Positions 54,151 to 64,000 of a stretch of DNA of 64,000 nucleotides are shown one piece after another. The stretch is taken from NCBI GenBank assembly GCA_959018045.1, contig CAUEJN010000002.1:3577-67576 (forward strand). The letters run 5' to 3'. Below the pieces are notes generated by a model. That model worked only from the letters and a program-made list of their open reading frames with translations. It was not told the DNA's origin and did no database searches. Origin of the DNA: an uncultured Butyricicoccus sp. Lineage in GTDB: Bacteria; Bacillota; Clostridia; Oscillospirales; Butyricicoccaceae. Position 1 is the stretch's first letter, and every line of letters begins with the position of its first letter. A program made the position numbers and the translations under genes.

Positions 54151-55677
54151 ATGGTCAAAACCCGTCTGATCGCCGCGGCATTGGCCGCCTGCCTGCTTAC
54201 CACCCCAGCCATGGCAGCGCCTGCCGACCAGCAAAGCGATGCCGACCTGCTGCGCACCCTGGGCCTGTTCCAAGGCACCGAAGCCGGGGACGCACTCGAC
54301 CAGAACCTCACCCGCGCCGAAGCCGCGGTAATGCTGGTGCGCCTGTACGGTGCAGCCGATGGGATGGCCGCCCAGACCTACCCCACTCCCTTTACCGACC
54401 TGTCCGATTGGTCGAAACCCTACGTCAGCTGGCTCTATCAGCACGGACTGACCCACGGCACCAGCCAGACGACGTACTCCCCCAATGACCCCATCACCAA
54501 ACAGTCCTATCTGCTGTTTTTGGGTCGCGCACTGGGCTACGCGGATAATGATACCGCAACTGGTAAGAGCTTCGTCAGCGCAGCCGATTACCAGGCCGCA
54601 CAGGGTCAAACCCTGACACGCGGGGAAGCCGTGTCGCTGACCGTAGACGCATTGTTCTCCACCACTTCCTCCGGCGTTGCCTTCTCGGCCGTGCTCATCG
54701 AACAGGGCGCAATCGACGCTGAGACCTTCGCCCTCGCCGCAGGCGACCGCCCGACTATCCCGGCGGTGAACGCCGCTGCTCTGCAAAATTCGGTGTGGGA
54801 TGTGCGCAGAATGGAGAACGGACAGGTCAAGGTTGTGCGCAGACAGGACGATAAGGTGCGCGCAACGTCAAACCGTACCTTCGACCGCGCAATTACGACA
54901 ACGGGCGTGGATGGTATTTTTGCCTATGACAGCACGACGCTGTACTACCTCGACCCGGAAACCCTGTCGGACATTAAAATCGCCGATTTATCGTCTTTCT
55001 TCAACGAGACCGAACAAGGCTATATTGATGCGCTGGGCAGTATGAACGGCACGACGCTGTTTTGCATGAGTGATCCGACCGCGTCGAGCGCCTACCGATT
55101 CTATACTTGGTCGCCCGCGAGCGGCTGGCGGCTGGTGCTGAACGGCACGGGCGCACTGGGACAGGTCAATACCTTGTCCACCGTCGAGGGCAAGTACTTT
55201 TCGGGCACGTTCGGTATTTTATCGGTCGGACTGGACGGCAGTACACGGGTGCTGACGCGCACACCGTGTTATGCCATGACCCTGCTCGGCGGCATTCTGT
55301 ATTTCATCCCGGACGCATCGGTCAAGCGCACCGACGGATACAGCGACGGCGGCCACGAGGTGCGTATGCTGGCGATGGGTAAGGAGAGCACGGTGCTGAC
55401 CCTGCCGACCGGCAGCGCTTACCCGATCTGTCTGGAGACGGTCACCGGGGCATCGCCCGACGGCACAATCACCGCGCGCGGCACATGGCACGCAGCCGAC
55501 GGCAGCAATGAATGGCACGTCACCTTCTCGGGCAAGGGCAGCGACGTGCGCGTCGTGGACGCGGACAATCAGCACAACGTCCCGGACGACCTGAACGGCC
55601 TGTACAGCGCGTCCGAACATATGAAGTGGTGGGCGAACACGCTGGGACTGACCACGGGAAAGATCGCCCAAACCTGA
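54151..55677 (+). CDS. Secreted S-layer homology (SLH) domain protein
   Basis: Signal peptide; LGLFQG..LTRAEA, PFTD..W..PYV..GLTHG, LTRGEA motifs. Confidence 0.82.
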   Translation: MVKTRLIAAALAACLLTTPAMAAPADQQSDADLLRTLGLFQGTEAGDALDQNLTRAEAAVMLVRLYGAADGMAAQTYPTPFTDLSDWSKPYVSWLYQHGLTHGTSQTTYSPNDPITKQSYLLFLGRALGYADNDTATGKSFVSAADYQAAQGQTLTRGEAVSLTVDALFSTTSSGVAFSAVLIEQGAIDAETFALAAGDRPTIPAVNAAALQNSVWDVRRMENGQVKVVRRQDDKVRATSNRTFDRAITTTGVDGIFAYDSTTLYYLDPETLSDIKIADLSSFFNETEQGYIDALGSMNGTTLFCMSDPTASSAYRFYTWSPASGWRLVLNGTGALGQVNTLSTVEGKYFSGTFGILSVGLDGSTRVLTRTPCYAMTLLGGILYFIPDASVKRTDGYSDGGHEVRMLAMGKESTVLTLPTGSAYPICLETVTGASPDGTITARGTWHAADGSNEWHVTFSGKGSDVRVVDADNQHNVPDDLNGLYSASEHMKWWANTLGLTTGKIAQT

Positions 55678-55702
55678 CACCCGCGCCGCAAAACCCCTAT
55701 CT

Positions 55703-55717
55703 ATAAATTTTTCTTAT
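55703..55717. promoter_or_regulatory. Possible LysR-type binding site
   Basis: ATAA-N7-TTAT (T-N11-A) upstream of the nitrite/sulfite reductase promoter region. Confidence 0.4.
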
Positions 55718-55860
55718 CAATAGATAACGTACAATCATGCACCTCTGGCGTGCTTTTTTGTGCGATATCGCTCTGTGTAAACCCCGTTCCCCGTGTTATA
55801 ATAAAAGGCAGCGACTACGACAGGAACAAAACACACGCCATCCAAGGAGGCTTATTATTC

Positions 55861-57399
55861 ATGAAGCAGGAGATCATTCAGAGATTCCGGGACGACCTGG
55901 AACAGTTTAACGATGCCACCCGCAAGTATTATGCCGGAGAGATCGACCGCAACACCTACAAGGGCATTTCGGGCGGTTTCGGCAGCTATTCCGAGCGCGA
56001 CGGCGAGCGCGGCATGCTGCGCCTGCGCATGACCGGCGGCCGCGTGGACAAGGACAAGCTGTCCTTTATCGTCGATTCGGCCAATGCTTACGGCATCGAC
56101 ACGATGAAGATGACCACCTGCGAGACCATCCAGCTGCACCACCTGACCGCCGAGCAGATCGTCGAGCTGTCTGCCAAGGCGCTCGATCACGGTATTTTCT
56201 GCCGCGGCGGCGGCGGTGACCACCCCCGCAACGTCATGGCACCCCCGCTGTCCGGTGTACAGCCGGGTGAGACCTTCGACGTCATGCCTTACGCCTACGC
56301 GGTTGGCGATTACCTGCTGTCCATCCTGTACGACATCAAGATGCCCCGTAAGCTCAAGGTCGGCTTTGCCAACCATCCGAGCAACATCACCCACGCGACC
56401 ATCCGCGACCTGGGATTTGTTGCACGCGAGGACGGCACGTTTGATGTATATTCTGCGGGCGGTATGGGTCCGAATGCACGTCTTGGCATGAAGATGGCCG
56501 AGGCTGTACCGGGTTCCGAGCTGCTCTACTACGTCCGCGCAATGGTTGACACCTTCCTTGCGCACGGCAACTACGAGATGCGTGCCAAGGCGCGTACCCG
56601 CTATATGCCGGTTGCCATGGGGGAGGACGCATACCGCGCGGCATTCCTTCAGAATGTTGCAACCCGCAAGGCTGCGGGCGGTCTTGACCTGACCGTTACC
56701 GAGACCCCGGTCACCAAGACCGGCGCAGGCGAGATTTCGGGCAAGCGCATCGTTGCACAGAAGCAGCCCGGCCTGTTTGCGGTTTCCTATCACCCGCTGG
56801 GCGGCACCCCGTCACGCCAGACCCTGACCGCACTGCGCGATAGCATCGCGGACATGGAAGCGGTCGAGATTCGCCTGGGCGCGGACGGCACCATGTATGT
56901 CATCAACTGCACGGCAGACGAGGCACGGCGCGTGCTGAACGTGACCGCAGACGGCGCAGAGACGCTGTTCGAGCACTCGGTATCGTGCATTGGTGCGCTG
57001 ATCTGCCAGCAGGGCGCACGCGACTCGCAGGGCCTGTATCATGCCTGCGTGGACGCGGTTCGCCAGGCAAACATCCCGGACGGCGCACTGCCCCAGATTC
57101 ACATTTCGGGCTGTCCGTCCTCGTGCGGTACCCATCAGATCGGCGCACTGGGCTTCCACGGCGGCGTTAAGATCGTGGACAAGAAGCCGCTGCCCGCATT
57201 CACCCTGCATGTCGGTGGTTCGGCTGCGCTCGGCCACGAGCACCTCGCAGAGAACTGGGGCCCGATGCTCGAGGAGTGCATCCCGGCATTCCTGGTCGAG
57301 GTTGGCCAGACGGTTGCAGCAGCCGGCCAGTCGTTTGCCGAGTGGCTGCCCGCGCACATGGACGACCTGCGCGCGATTGCAAAGCCCTACCTGGACTAA
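55861..57399 (+). CDS. Siroheme nitrite/sulfite reductase, hemoprotein-type subunit
   Basis: MLRLR..GG, RNV, PRKLK, CIGALIC and GCPSSC cysteine motifs. Confidence 0.88.
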   Translation: MKQEIIQRFRDDLEQFNDATRKYYAGEIDRNTYKGISGGFGSYSERDGERGMLRLRMTGGRVDKDKLSFIVDSANAYGIDTMKMTTCETIQLHHLTAEQIVELSAKALDHGIFCRGGGGDHPRNVMAPPLSGVQPGETFDVMPYAYAVGDYLLSILYDIKMPRKLKVGFANHPSNITHATIRDLGFVAREDGTFDVYSAGGMGPNARLGMKMAEAVPGSELLYYVRAMVDTFLAHGNYEMRAKARTRYMPVAMGEDAYRAAFLQNVATRKAAGGLDLTVTETPVTKTGAGEISGKRIVAQKQPGLFAVSYHPLGGTPSRQTLTALRDSIADMEAVEIRLGADGTMYVINCTADEARRVLNVTADGAETLFEHSVSCIGALICQQGARDSQGLYHACVDAVRQANIPDGALPQIHISGCPSSCGTHQIGALGFHGGVKIVDKKPLPAFTLHVGGSAALGHEHLAENWGPMLEECIPAFLVEVGQTVAAAGQSFAEWLPAHMDDLRAIAKPYLD

Positions 57400-57665
57400 A
57401 CTCCTGTGCCCGCGCACAAATAAGCAAACAAAAAGGACAGTCTTACATAGACTGCCCTTTTCTTATTTGATTTGGTTTGGACGGACTGCGCATGGCAGCC
57501 GCCTGGAACTGGTGCATCGGTCGTGCGAACGCTTTTCCATCTCTTTACTTACCATATCATCAGGCGCCCCGCAGTTGAGACCGGGCGCGAAATTTTATTA
57601 CAAAAAAGAAAAACCACGTCTGGACATCGTGCCCAGCGTGGAAAAAAGCCATTTACGAGACGAAC

Positions 57666-57758
57666 TTACTTGGTGCTCTCTTCGGAGTCCTTGCCGTAAA
57701 TCAGGTCGTCAATATCGGGCGTGTCCGGACGCTGGGGGCGAATCTTGGTCATTAACAT
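57666..57758 (-). CDS. Small ORF, 30 aa (MLMTKIRPQRPDTPDIDDLIYGKDSEESTK)
   Basis: AAAGGAGG RBS, TATACT upstream (57830-57835), terminator-like hairpin at about 57605-57645 on minus strand. Confidence 0.55.
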   Translation of the reverse strand: MLMTKIRPQRPDTPDIDDLIYGKDSEESTK

Positions 57759-58011
57759 AATGGTCTCATCCTCCTTTCGGTTTTATGATGTACTTGGGAG
57801 AGGGATTCTTGTTCCCTCATTCCTTGTATAGTATACCAGAAAAGGATGTCGAGATCAAATGAATTTTATGTAAACTTTATAAGAAGTTTTTCGGAAATAT
57901 CGTCGAAGGAGCACAAAAAAGGTGAGATTGCGTCGCAACTATGCGCGATACCGAACGATGTATCAAAATGCGAACAAAAGGGACAAAAAAGAAATTTCGC
58001 AAAAAAATAAA

Positions 58012-58210
58012 AGAACCCCCGCTTTGCCGATGCAGCCCATAATAATAACCTGCACGACTCGGCAGGTGGGTTTCCTATCCCAAGCCGCTGCGCTTCCAAC
58101 TTCCGCTTTTGATTCGCGGGAGGCCTGCGCTTGTCAGGGGAGATTTTCGGAATCCCGATTACATAATGTGGGTTTAAAACAAGCTGCTGTCAAACATTGC
58201 AGGGGGTCTT
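58012..58210 (-). ncRNA. ssrS: 6S RNA (SsrS)-like
   Basis: About 200 nt with complementary ends (ACCCCCUGC / GCGGGGGUU), rod-like pairing, AUGUUUG and CCCACCUG..CAGG segments resembling clostridial 6S RNA; recognised by eye, no covariance search run. Confidence 0.7.
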
Positions 58211-58234
58211 AACGGAGTAAGGGAGGAGAGACGT

Positions 58235-58519
58235 TTATTCGCCGTCTTCCTCGTACATGTCCTCGACGCGCTCCATGACGATCTGGAAAACGCGGTCAGC
58301 TTCCTCGTCGTTGTCGACGGAAACCAGGACTTCTTCGCCGTCCTCTTCCTCAACCTTGAGGATGACGACCTCGGCCTCTTCATCGACGGCCAGCTCAGCC
58401 GGGATAAAGGCCATATACATCGTGCCGTCTACTTCGACGGTATCGATATGTTCAAATTCAACTTCGTTGCCGTCCTCGTCGGTCAGGACAACGTAATCGT
58501 TGCCGAACTGCTCGCTCAT
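58235..58519 (-). CDS. DUF1292 (YrzB-like) acidic protein
   Basis: LTDEDGNEVEF..Y motif, very acidic 94 aa. Confidence 0.88.
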   Translation of the reverse strand: MSEQFGNDYVVLTDEDGNEVEFEHIDTVEVDGTMYMAFIPAELAVDEEAEVVILKVEEEDGEEVLVSVDNDEEADRVFQIVMERVEDMYEEDGE

Positions 58520-58793
58520 AATGCGTGAACCTCCATGTAGTAAGATTCTATGCCGCGTGGCGGCCAGGTATTCCTTCCAACATTAGGATAACCGAATCCG
58601 GTGTAATTTTCAATAAGTTTTTTTGGAAAAAGACATAGAAAATTTCCTGAAGGATGGTGCTGGAAGCCGTAAAAGCCACCCGACTTAGGGTATAACTGTA
58701 CGATATTCGGCAGGATTTGTCAAGTAAAACCGTCATTTTGCGCATTTTTTTTATTTTTTACATTGGACGGGATAAAAATTACATAAAATATAC

Positions 58794-58822
58794 TTGACAA
58801 ACGGCAAAAAGCCGATTATACT
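58794..58822 (+). promoter_or_regulatory. Sigma-A promoter of infC operon
   Basis: TTGACA-17 bp-TATACT. Confidence 0.85.
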
Positions 58823-58831
58823 AATCTGGCA

Positions 58832-58995
58832 ACAATTAAGTAAGGCGCAAGGCGCGTGTTCGTGTCTGCCTTCACCCGCAGCTATCCGCAAACGGGTTCA
58901 CAATGCTATTTTCCTGCTAAGGCTTCCCTCGGGAAAGTCTGATCTGCGCGGGGATTTGTGAACGAGTGACGGACAGCAGCGGCTGTCCTTTTTTC
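58832..58995 (+). promoter_or_regulatory. L20 ribosomal-protein leader with attenuator
   Basis: Structured leader before infC-rpmI-rplT ending in GGACAGC..GCTGTCC-TTTTTT. Confidence 0.75.
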
Positions 58996-59043
58996 ATGTC
59001 AAAATCAACCTTTCGTTTTCACACCATAGGAGGTGCATTCGCT

Positions 59044-59562
59044 ATTAGCAGCATGGAACATCAGATCAACGAAGAGATCCGCGACAAAGAAGTCCGTCTG
59101 ATTGCCGACGACGGTGAGCAGCTCGGTATCGTATCCGCAAAAGAGGCGCTTGATATCGCCATTGAGAGAGGCATGGATCTGGTCAAGATCGCTCCCCAGG
59201 CGCAGCCGCCGGTTTGCCGCATCATGGACTACGGCAAGTTCCGCTTTGAGCAGGCCAAGCGCGAGAAGGAAGCGCGCAAGAATCAGCGCGTGGTAGAGAT
59301 CAAGGAGATCCGCCTGACCCCTGGCATTGACGTAAACGACCTGAAGGTCAAGGTAGGTCATGCGTGCCGTTTCCTCAAGGGCGGCGATAAGGTCAAGGTA
59401 TCCGTTCGCTTCCGCGGCCGCGAGGTCACCCATTCTTCCATCGGTCTGGAGCTGCTGCAGCGATTTGCAGAACAGTGCACGGAGTTCGGCGCGGTAGAGA
59501 AGCAGCCCAAGCTGGAAGGCCGTCACATGCACATGTTCCTGGCCCCCAAGAAGGATAAGTAA
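59044..59562 (+). CDS. infC: Translation initiation factor IF-3 (ATT start)
   Basis: [37 protein letters not shown] spaced to an in-frame ATT. Confidence 0.96.
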   Translation: MSSMEHQINEEIRDKEVRLIADDGEQLGIVSAKEALDIAIERGMDLVKIAPQAQPPVCRIMDYGKFRFEQAKREKEARKNQRVVEIKEIRLTPGIDVNDLKVKVGHACRFLKGGDKVKVSVRFRGREVTHSSIGLELLQRFAEQCTEFGAVEKQPKLEGRHMHMFLAPKKDK

Positions 59563-59626
59563 ACCCAGAGGTGCATCCCCTTTTTCAAAACAAACGGATG
59601 CGATACACAGAGAGGAGTTAAATAAC

Positions 59627-59824
59627 ATGCCTAAGATCAAAACGCACAGCGGTGCAAAGAAGAGATTCAAGGTTTCCAAGAGCGGCAAGATCAAGCGCGC
59701 TCATGTTGGCCGCCGTCACATCCTGACCAAGAAGAACACCAAGCGCCTGCGTCACCTGCGCAAGGAAGGCTTCGCAGACAAGACCAACGTAGCAGAGGTA
59801 AAGCGTCTGCTGCCCTACGCGTAA
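59627..59824 (+). CDS. rpmI: 50S ribosomal protein L35
   Basis: [14 protein letters not shown]. Confidence 0.98.
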   Translation: MPKIKTHSGAKKRFKVSKSGKIKRAHVGRRHILTKKNTKRLRHLRKEGFADKTNVAEVKRLLPYA

Positions 59825-59865
59825 ACCGTTTTTCAACAGAGAATATAACAGGAGGCTAACATACA

Positions 59866-60219
59866 ATGGCAAGAGTTAAGGGCGCGATGATGTCGCGCAA
59901 GAGAAGAAAGAAGATTCTGAAGCGTGCCAAGGGCTACTTTGGTGCAAAGTCCACCCACTTTAGAACTGCCAACCAGGCGGTTATGAAGTCGCTGAAGTAC
60001 GCTTACATCGGCCGTAAGCACAAGAAGCGTGACTTCCGCCGTCTGTGGATCACCCGTATTTCCGCAGCTTGCAAGGCTTGCGACATCAACTACAGCCGTT
60101 TCATGAACGGTCTGAAGAAGGCTGGCATCGAGATCAACCGCAAGATGCTGTCCGAGCTGGCTGTAAACGACAGCGCTGCATTCTGCGCACTGGTCGAGAA
60201 GGCAAAGGCTGCACTCTAA
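59866..60219 (+). CDS. rplT: 50S ribosomal protein L20
   Basis: [28 protein letters not shown]. Confidence 0.98.
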   Translation: MARVKGAMMSRKRRKKILKRAKGYFGAKSTHFRTANQAVMKSLKYAYIGRKHKKRDFRRLWITRISAACKACDINYSRFMNGLKKAGIEINRKMLSELAVNDSAAFCALVEKAKAAL

Positions 60220-60237
60220 GTTTCAGAGCGTGAAATA

Positions 60238-60270
60238 GAAAGAGGACGTGTAAGGCGTCCTCTTTTTTGT
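60238..60270. terminator. Terminator after rplT
   Basis: AAAGAGGACG-TGTAAGG-CGTCCTCTTTTTT. Confidence 0.8.
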
Positions 60271-61085
60271 TATATACGTTTTTGAATAATAGGTTTTTTA
60301 ATCTTTTTGGGGTCTATATGCACGAATGAAATCGGAGTAGCTTGTGACATACTATCTATATTTTCGTCACAGGGCTTTGTAAGAGTTGTTTTCTTCTGAA
60401 TCTTTAAATTTTTTCTTCTGCGCTTGATGCCCTCTGTATCAAATTTTATCCCCTCTGTAGGTTCCGCGGCATCAATCCAATTTTCACCATCATATTCAAG
60501 AATACTTTTTTTTAGATTATCAATAAATTGATCTAAATCCTGTTTGTGTTCTTTGGTATTAGCCCTGTTGGCAAACCAATTTGATGCATGTCCAAACGCA
60601 TAGCCGCGCTTGTCCTTACTTGTAGGAACTCTCCATTTCTCTTTATATCGTTCCGCCAAAGGTAATAATACACAATTTTCTTTTTTGGCACAACAGATAT
60701 AATCCTGTAATCGATTCAAGCAATCGAATGTTTGATATTCTCGATATACCGTAGCATGCTGATACCATCCAACTACTGTTAATATATTTTGATCTGTGTC
60801 TGGATTTTTCATAGTTGCACACCATACAACTAAAACATTTTGGGCTTCTGCATCGGTGTCGCTAATATCACTTGACATTCTTTCTATATGCAAAGAGCCG
60901 TCTAATTGTACATAGCCAAAGCAAATTTCATTGTCGTTGTCTAACGACTCTGCGTCAAAATTATAATCTTCACCGCCGCTTTTATATTTTTTAACATAGT
61001 CACCACCTAGTAAAGGTAGTGGATCTTGTTTTTCCTCGCCTTTATAGTAACGTAAAGGTCGGGTTCTGAAAAAAATAATCCGCAT
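60270..61085 (-). CDS. AT-rich hypothetical protein
   Basis: 271-aa ORF with AAAGGAG RBS; composition far more AT-rich than flanking genes. Confidence 0.8.
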   Translation of the reverse strand: MRIIFFRTRPLRYYKGEEKQDPLPLLGGDYVKKYKSGGEDYNFDAESLDNDNEICFGYVQLDGSLHIERMSSDISDTDAEAQNVLVVWCATMKNPDTDQNILTVVGWYQHATVYREYQTFDCLNRLQDYICCAKKENCVLLPLAERYKEKWRVPTSKDKRGYAFGHASNWFANRANTKEHKQDLDQFIDNLKKSILEYDGENWIDAAEPTEGIKFDTEGIKRRRKNLKIQKKTTLTKPCDENIDSMSQATPISFVHIDPKKIKKPIIQKRI

Positions 61086-61201
61086 GATAAAATCTCCTTT
61101 CTCATGTATCTGTCAAAATTAAAAGGGATTTTTGCTTCTCTGATTATCTCACTTTTGCCTTATTTTGTCAAATATTCTCAAAAATACGAACATATAGTAA
61201 T

Positions 61202-61422
61202 AAAAAGACCCGAGCCTTACGGTCGGGTCTTATGAGCGCGTTTGACGCGCTGGGGATTGCGCGCTCTGCGGAGCGCGCTTTTGTTTTCTTTTTGGTTGAT
61301 TTTCGCAGGAGCGAAAATCAAGAGAGGATTTCGCGTCCTGCGGGACGCGACTTGAGGCTCTGCCTCAAGACTCCGCAAACCTTTGAAAAGGTTTGATCCA
61401 AACTTCAATAGGGGTGCGGTGA
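61202..61422 (-). repeat. Modular hairpin repeat copy R14 (single arm)
   Basis: Begins at the trmB stop on minus strand (TCACCGCACCCC..), ends in hairpin plus T tract. Confidence 0.95.
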
Positions 61423-62079
61423 TTACTTTAACAGATTCTTCTCGATGCGCTTTCTAGCCTCGACGCGATAAATCCGATAACCCTGAGCCGAGAATTTTTC
61501 CTCGTACTCAGTCATAATATTATCATAATCCGACTTATGCAGGTCGAGCGAGATGTTTTGCAGCAGCCAACCATTCTGGCACAGCTCACCGAGCGACCAC
61601 TCGAACAGTCTCTGGTTATCGGTCTTGAAGAAGATCGCGCCTTCCTCTTCCAGAATCTCGTCGTATACGGCCAAGAACGCACGCCAGGTCAGACGGCGCT
61701 TGCGCTGACGGTTGGGCGGCCAGGGGTCGGAGAAGTTCAGGTAAATCAGCGAGACTTCACCCGGGGCGAAAATTTCATTCAGCGCTGCCGCGTCGAAGGA
61801 CAGGAAGCGCAGGTTAGGCAGCTCCTCTGCGATGGCCTTCTCGGTGGCCATGATGAGCGCACCCTCTTCCTTCTCGATGGCAACAAAGTTAATGTCCGGG
61901 TTGCGGCGGGCGGTCTCCAGAATGAATCGACCCTTACCGCAGCCGATTTCCAGACGGATGGGGTTGTCGTTGCCGAATTTTTCGCGCCACCTTCCGCGTA
62001 CTGCACGGGGGTCGGATACCATGACCGAAGCGCATCGTTCAAAGCGCACGTCAAGGTTCTTTTTTTTGCGCATTCTCAT
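61423..62079 (-). CDS. trmB: tRNA (guanine-N7)-methyltransferase
   Basis: MRMRKK, LEIGCGKG, NFSDPWP, KTDN, TEYEEKF. Confidence 0.96.
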   Translation of the reverse strand: MRMRKKKNLDVRFERCASVMVSDPRAVRGRWREKFGNDNPIRLEIGCGKGRFILETARRNPDINFVAIEKEEGALIMATEKAIAEELPNLRFLSFDAAALNEIFAPGEVSLIYLNFSDPWPPNRQRKRRLTWRAFLAVYDEILEEEGAIFFKTDNQRLFEWSLGELCQNGWLLQNISLDLHKSDYDNIMTEYEEKFSAQGYRIYRVEARKRIEKNLLK

Positions 62080-62229
62080 GCGTTGCATTCCTCCAAATCG
62101 AAGTTTTTTCTGCCATTTATTATATCTTACCGGCGTATTTCTTGGCAAGGTAAAATTGACAGATTTCTGGGTAAACGCTATAATAATACCAGTATTGTCC
62201 CATTTCACAAGGTAAGGATGGAAATTTCA

Positions 62230-63891
62230 ATGTCATTTGACCGTTCGAGCGGTGTGCTCATGCACATCACCTCGCTGCCTTCCCCGCATGGTATCGGCAC
62301 GCTTGGGCAGGCAGCGTTCGATTTCGTTGACTTTCTCCGCGATGCAGGCCAGCGTTATTGGCAGGTTCTGCCGCTTGGGCATACCGGATTTGGTGATTCG
62401 CCCTATCAGTGTTACTCGGCAGCGGCAGGCAATCCGCTGATGATCGACCTCGACAAGCTGGTGACAGACGGCATGTTGACCGAAGCGGAGGTCGAGGCAG
62501 CCGACGAGGATTGGAACCCCGATAAAGTGGACTTTGTACCGCTCATCGCCGCACGCTATCCGCTTCTGCGACTGGCTTATGCCCGTGCACAGAAGATGCC
62601 GCGCGTCATGGAAGCCGTGCAGGCATTCCGCGGGAGCGCAGCCGATTGGATCGAGGATTACACGCTGTTTATGGCGCTCAAGGAAGAGAAGTACGAGGGT
62701 GCACCGCTGTGGGAATGGCCGGATGCCGACATCCTGCACCGTGAGCCTGAAGCGCTGGCAGCCATACGCGAGGAACTCAAGGACGAGATTGACTTCCGCG
62801 TGTTCCTTCAGGCGGTGTTCTTTGCCCAGTGGGCGACGCTGCGAGCCTATGCCGCCCGCGCAGGCGTGCGCATCATCGGTGATATCCCGATTTACGTCTC
62901 GCCCGACTCGTCCGACGTCTGGCAGCACCCCGAGCTGTTCAAGGTGGACGCTGACTTTAAGCCCAAGAAGGTCGCAGGCGTACCACCCGATTACTATTCC
63001 GCGACCGGTCAGCTGTGGGGCAATCCGGTCTATGACTGGAAGGCACACGAGAAGACCGGCTACGCATGGTGGATTTGGAGACTCAAGCAGAACGCAGACC
63101 TGTTCGACGTCATCCGTATCGACCATTTCCGCGGCTTCGAGTCGTTCTGGGAGGTCGATGCGGACGAGGAGACCGCGATTAACGGCGTATGGCGCAAGGG
63201 TCCGGGCATGAAGCTGTTCCGCGCACTGGATGCCGCAGTTCCCGAGCTGCCCATTATCGCGGAAGATCTGGGTGTGATGACCGATAAAGTACGTGCCCTG
63301 CTGCGCAGCACCGGTTTCCCGGGCATGCGCGTGATGATCTTCGCCTTCAATCGCTTCGATGATAACGACCACATGCCGCATAACTACCCGGTCAACTCGA
63401 TTGTCTACACTTCGACCCACGACTCGCAGTCCATCTGCGAGCAGATTCTGGACATCTGCGAGCCCGAGGACGCGGACTTTGCCAAGGCATACATCCGCTG
63501 GGACGAGCGCGAGCCCATGGCGTGGTCGGCCATTCGTACGCTCTTTGCCTCGCCCGCATCCATCGCCATGACCACCATGCAGGATCTTTTGAACTTGGGC
63601 GCGGATGCACGCATGAACATTCCGTCGACGGTCGGCGGCAACTGGTCGTGGCGTGTGCGCAAGGAGGGCATCAACCACGATGTCGCAGCCTTCCTACATC
63701 ATGTGACCGAGGTGAACCGCCGTTATCATCCGGTACCGGCTGTCTTTGACAGTACCCCGCTGGACGAGGTTGAAGTACAGGAGGTCACGCCGGACATGGA
63801 CTACGGCGCACACAAATACTGGACGGACGTGCGTGAGCAGCTGGCGCTGCTGCGCAAGGCGAATGCGTTTCTGACGCGGTTCGAGTCCTGA
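62230..63891 (+). CDS. malQ: 4-alpha-glucanotransferase (GH77)
   Basis: RSSGVLMHITSLP, GVPPD, RIDHFRG, AEDLG, THD; start moved to ATG 62230. Confidence 0.96.
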   Translation: MSFDRSSGVLMHITSLPSPHGIGTLGQAAFDFVDFLRDAGQRYWQVLPLGHTGFGDSPYQCYSAAAGNPLMIDLDKLVTDGMLTEAEVEAADEDWNPDKVDFVPLIAARYPLLRLAYARAQKMPRVMEAVQAFRGSAADWIEDYTLFMALKEEKYEGAPLWEWPDADILHREPEALAAIREELKDEIDFRVFLQAVFFAQWATLRAYAARAGVRIIGDIPIYVSPDSSDVWQHPELFKVDADFKPKKVAGVPPDYYSATGQLWGNPVYDWKAHEKTGYAWWIWRLKQNADLFDVIRIDHFRGFESFWEVDADEETAINGVWRKGPGMKLFRALDAAVPELPIIAEDLGVMTDKVRALLRSTGFPGMRVMIFAFNRFDDNDHMPHNYPVNSIVYTSTHDSQSICEQILDICEPEDADFAKAYIRWDEREPMAWSAIRTLFASPASIAMTTMQDLLNLGADARMNIPSTVGGNWSWRVRKEGINHDVAAFLHHVTEVNRRYHPVPAVFDSTPLDEVEVQEVTPDMDYGAHKYWTDVREQLALLRKANAFLTRFES

Positions 63892-63979
63892 TTTTTACCC
63901 TGCATATCTGCCCAAAATACAGGCGCACGGAGGTTTTATCCGTCTGTGCGCTTTTGCCACGAATAATAAGGAGAAGAAT

Positions 63980-64000
63980 ATGAGTATCAAAGCAGTGATT
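63980..64000 (+). CDS. Start of a CDS truncated by the window edge (MSIKAVI, possibly HAD family)
   Basis: AAGGAG RBS and ATG; only 7 codons visible. Confidence 0.4.

Overview
A 64-kb, mostly housekeeping chromosomal segment of a GC-rich, probably spore-forming gut-type clostridium (Oscillospirales/Butyricicoccaceae-like by gene content; this taxonomy is inference). It contains ctsR-mcsA-mcsB-clpC, ppdK, a YtrA/GntR-ABC operon, rfbA, ftsK/spoIIIE, an OmpR-type two-component pair split by two YbjN-like genes, bcd-etfB-etfA, tepA, a BTAD/SARP regulator, two NSS transporters, an M18 aminopeptidase, coaE-sua5-prfA, an ABC-F ATPase, a cyclophilin, a GT2, a GH4-PfkB-LacI locus, azlCD, an SLH protein, a nitrite/sulfite reductase, a likely 6S RNA, the L20 leader with infC-rpmI-rplT, trmB and malQ. 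No transposase, integrase, phage, cas gene or CRISPR array is visible. The most striking unexplained structure is a family of 14 intergenic repeats (about 220-540 bp each, about 5 kb in total). They are built from an ordered set of hairpin modules whose stems differ in sequence between copies yet stay paired around fixed loops or ends, and they almost always start right after a stop codon in the sense direction. Other notable items: a thrice-repeated DnaA-box trio far from dnaA, a GDPD-fold protein lacking its catalytic residues, an AT-rich orphan gene, and two small ORFs missed by the ORF track.
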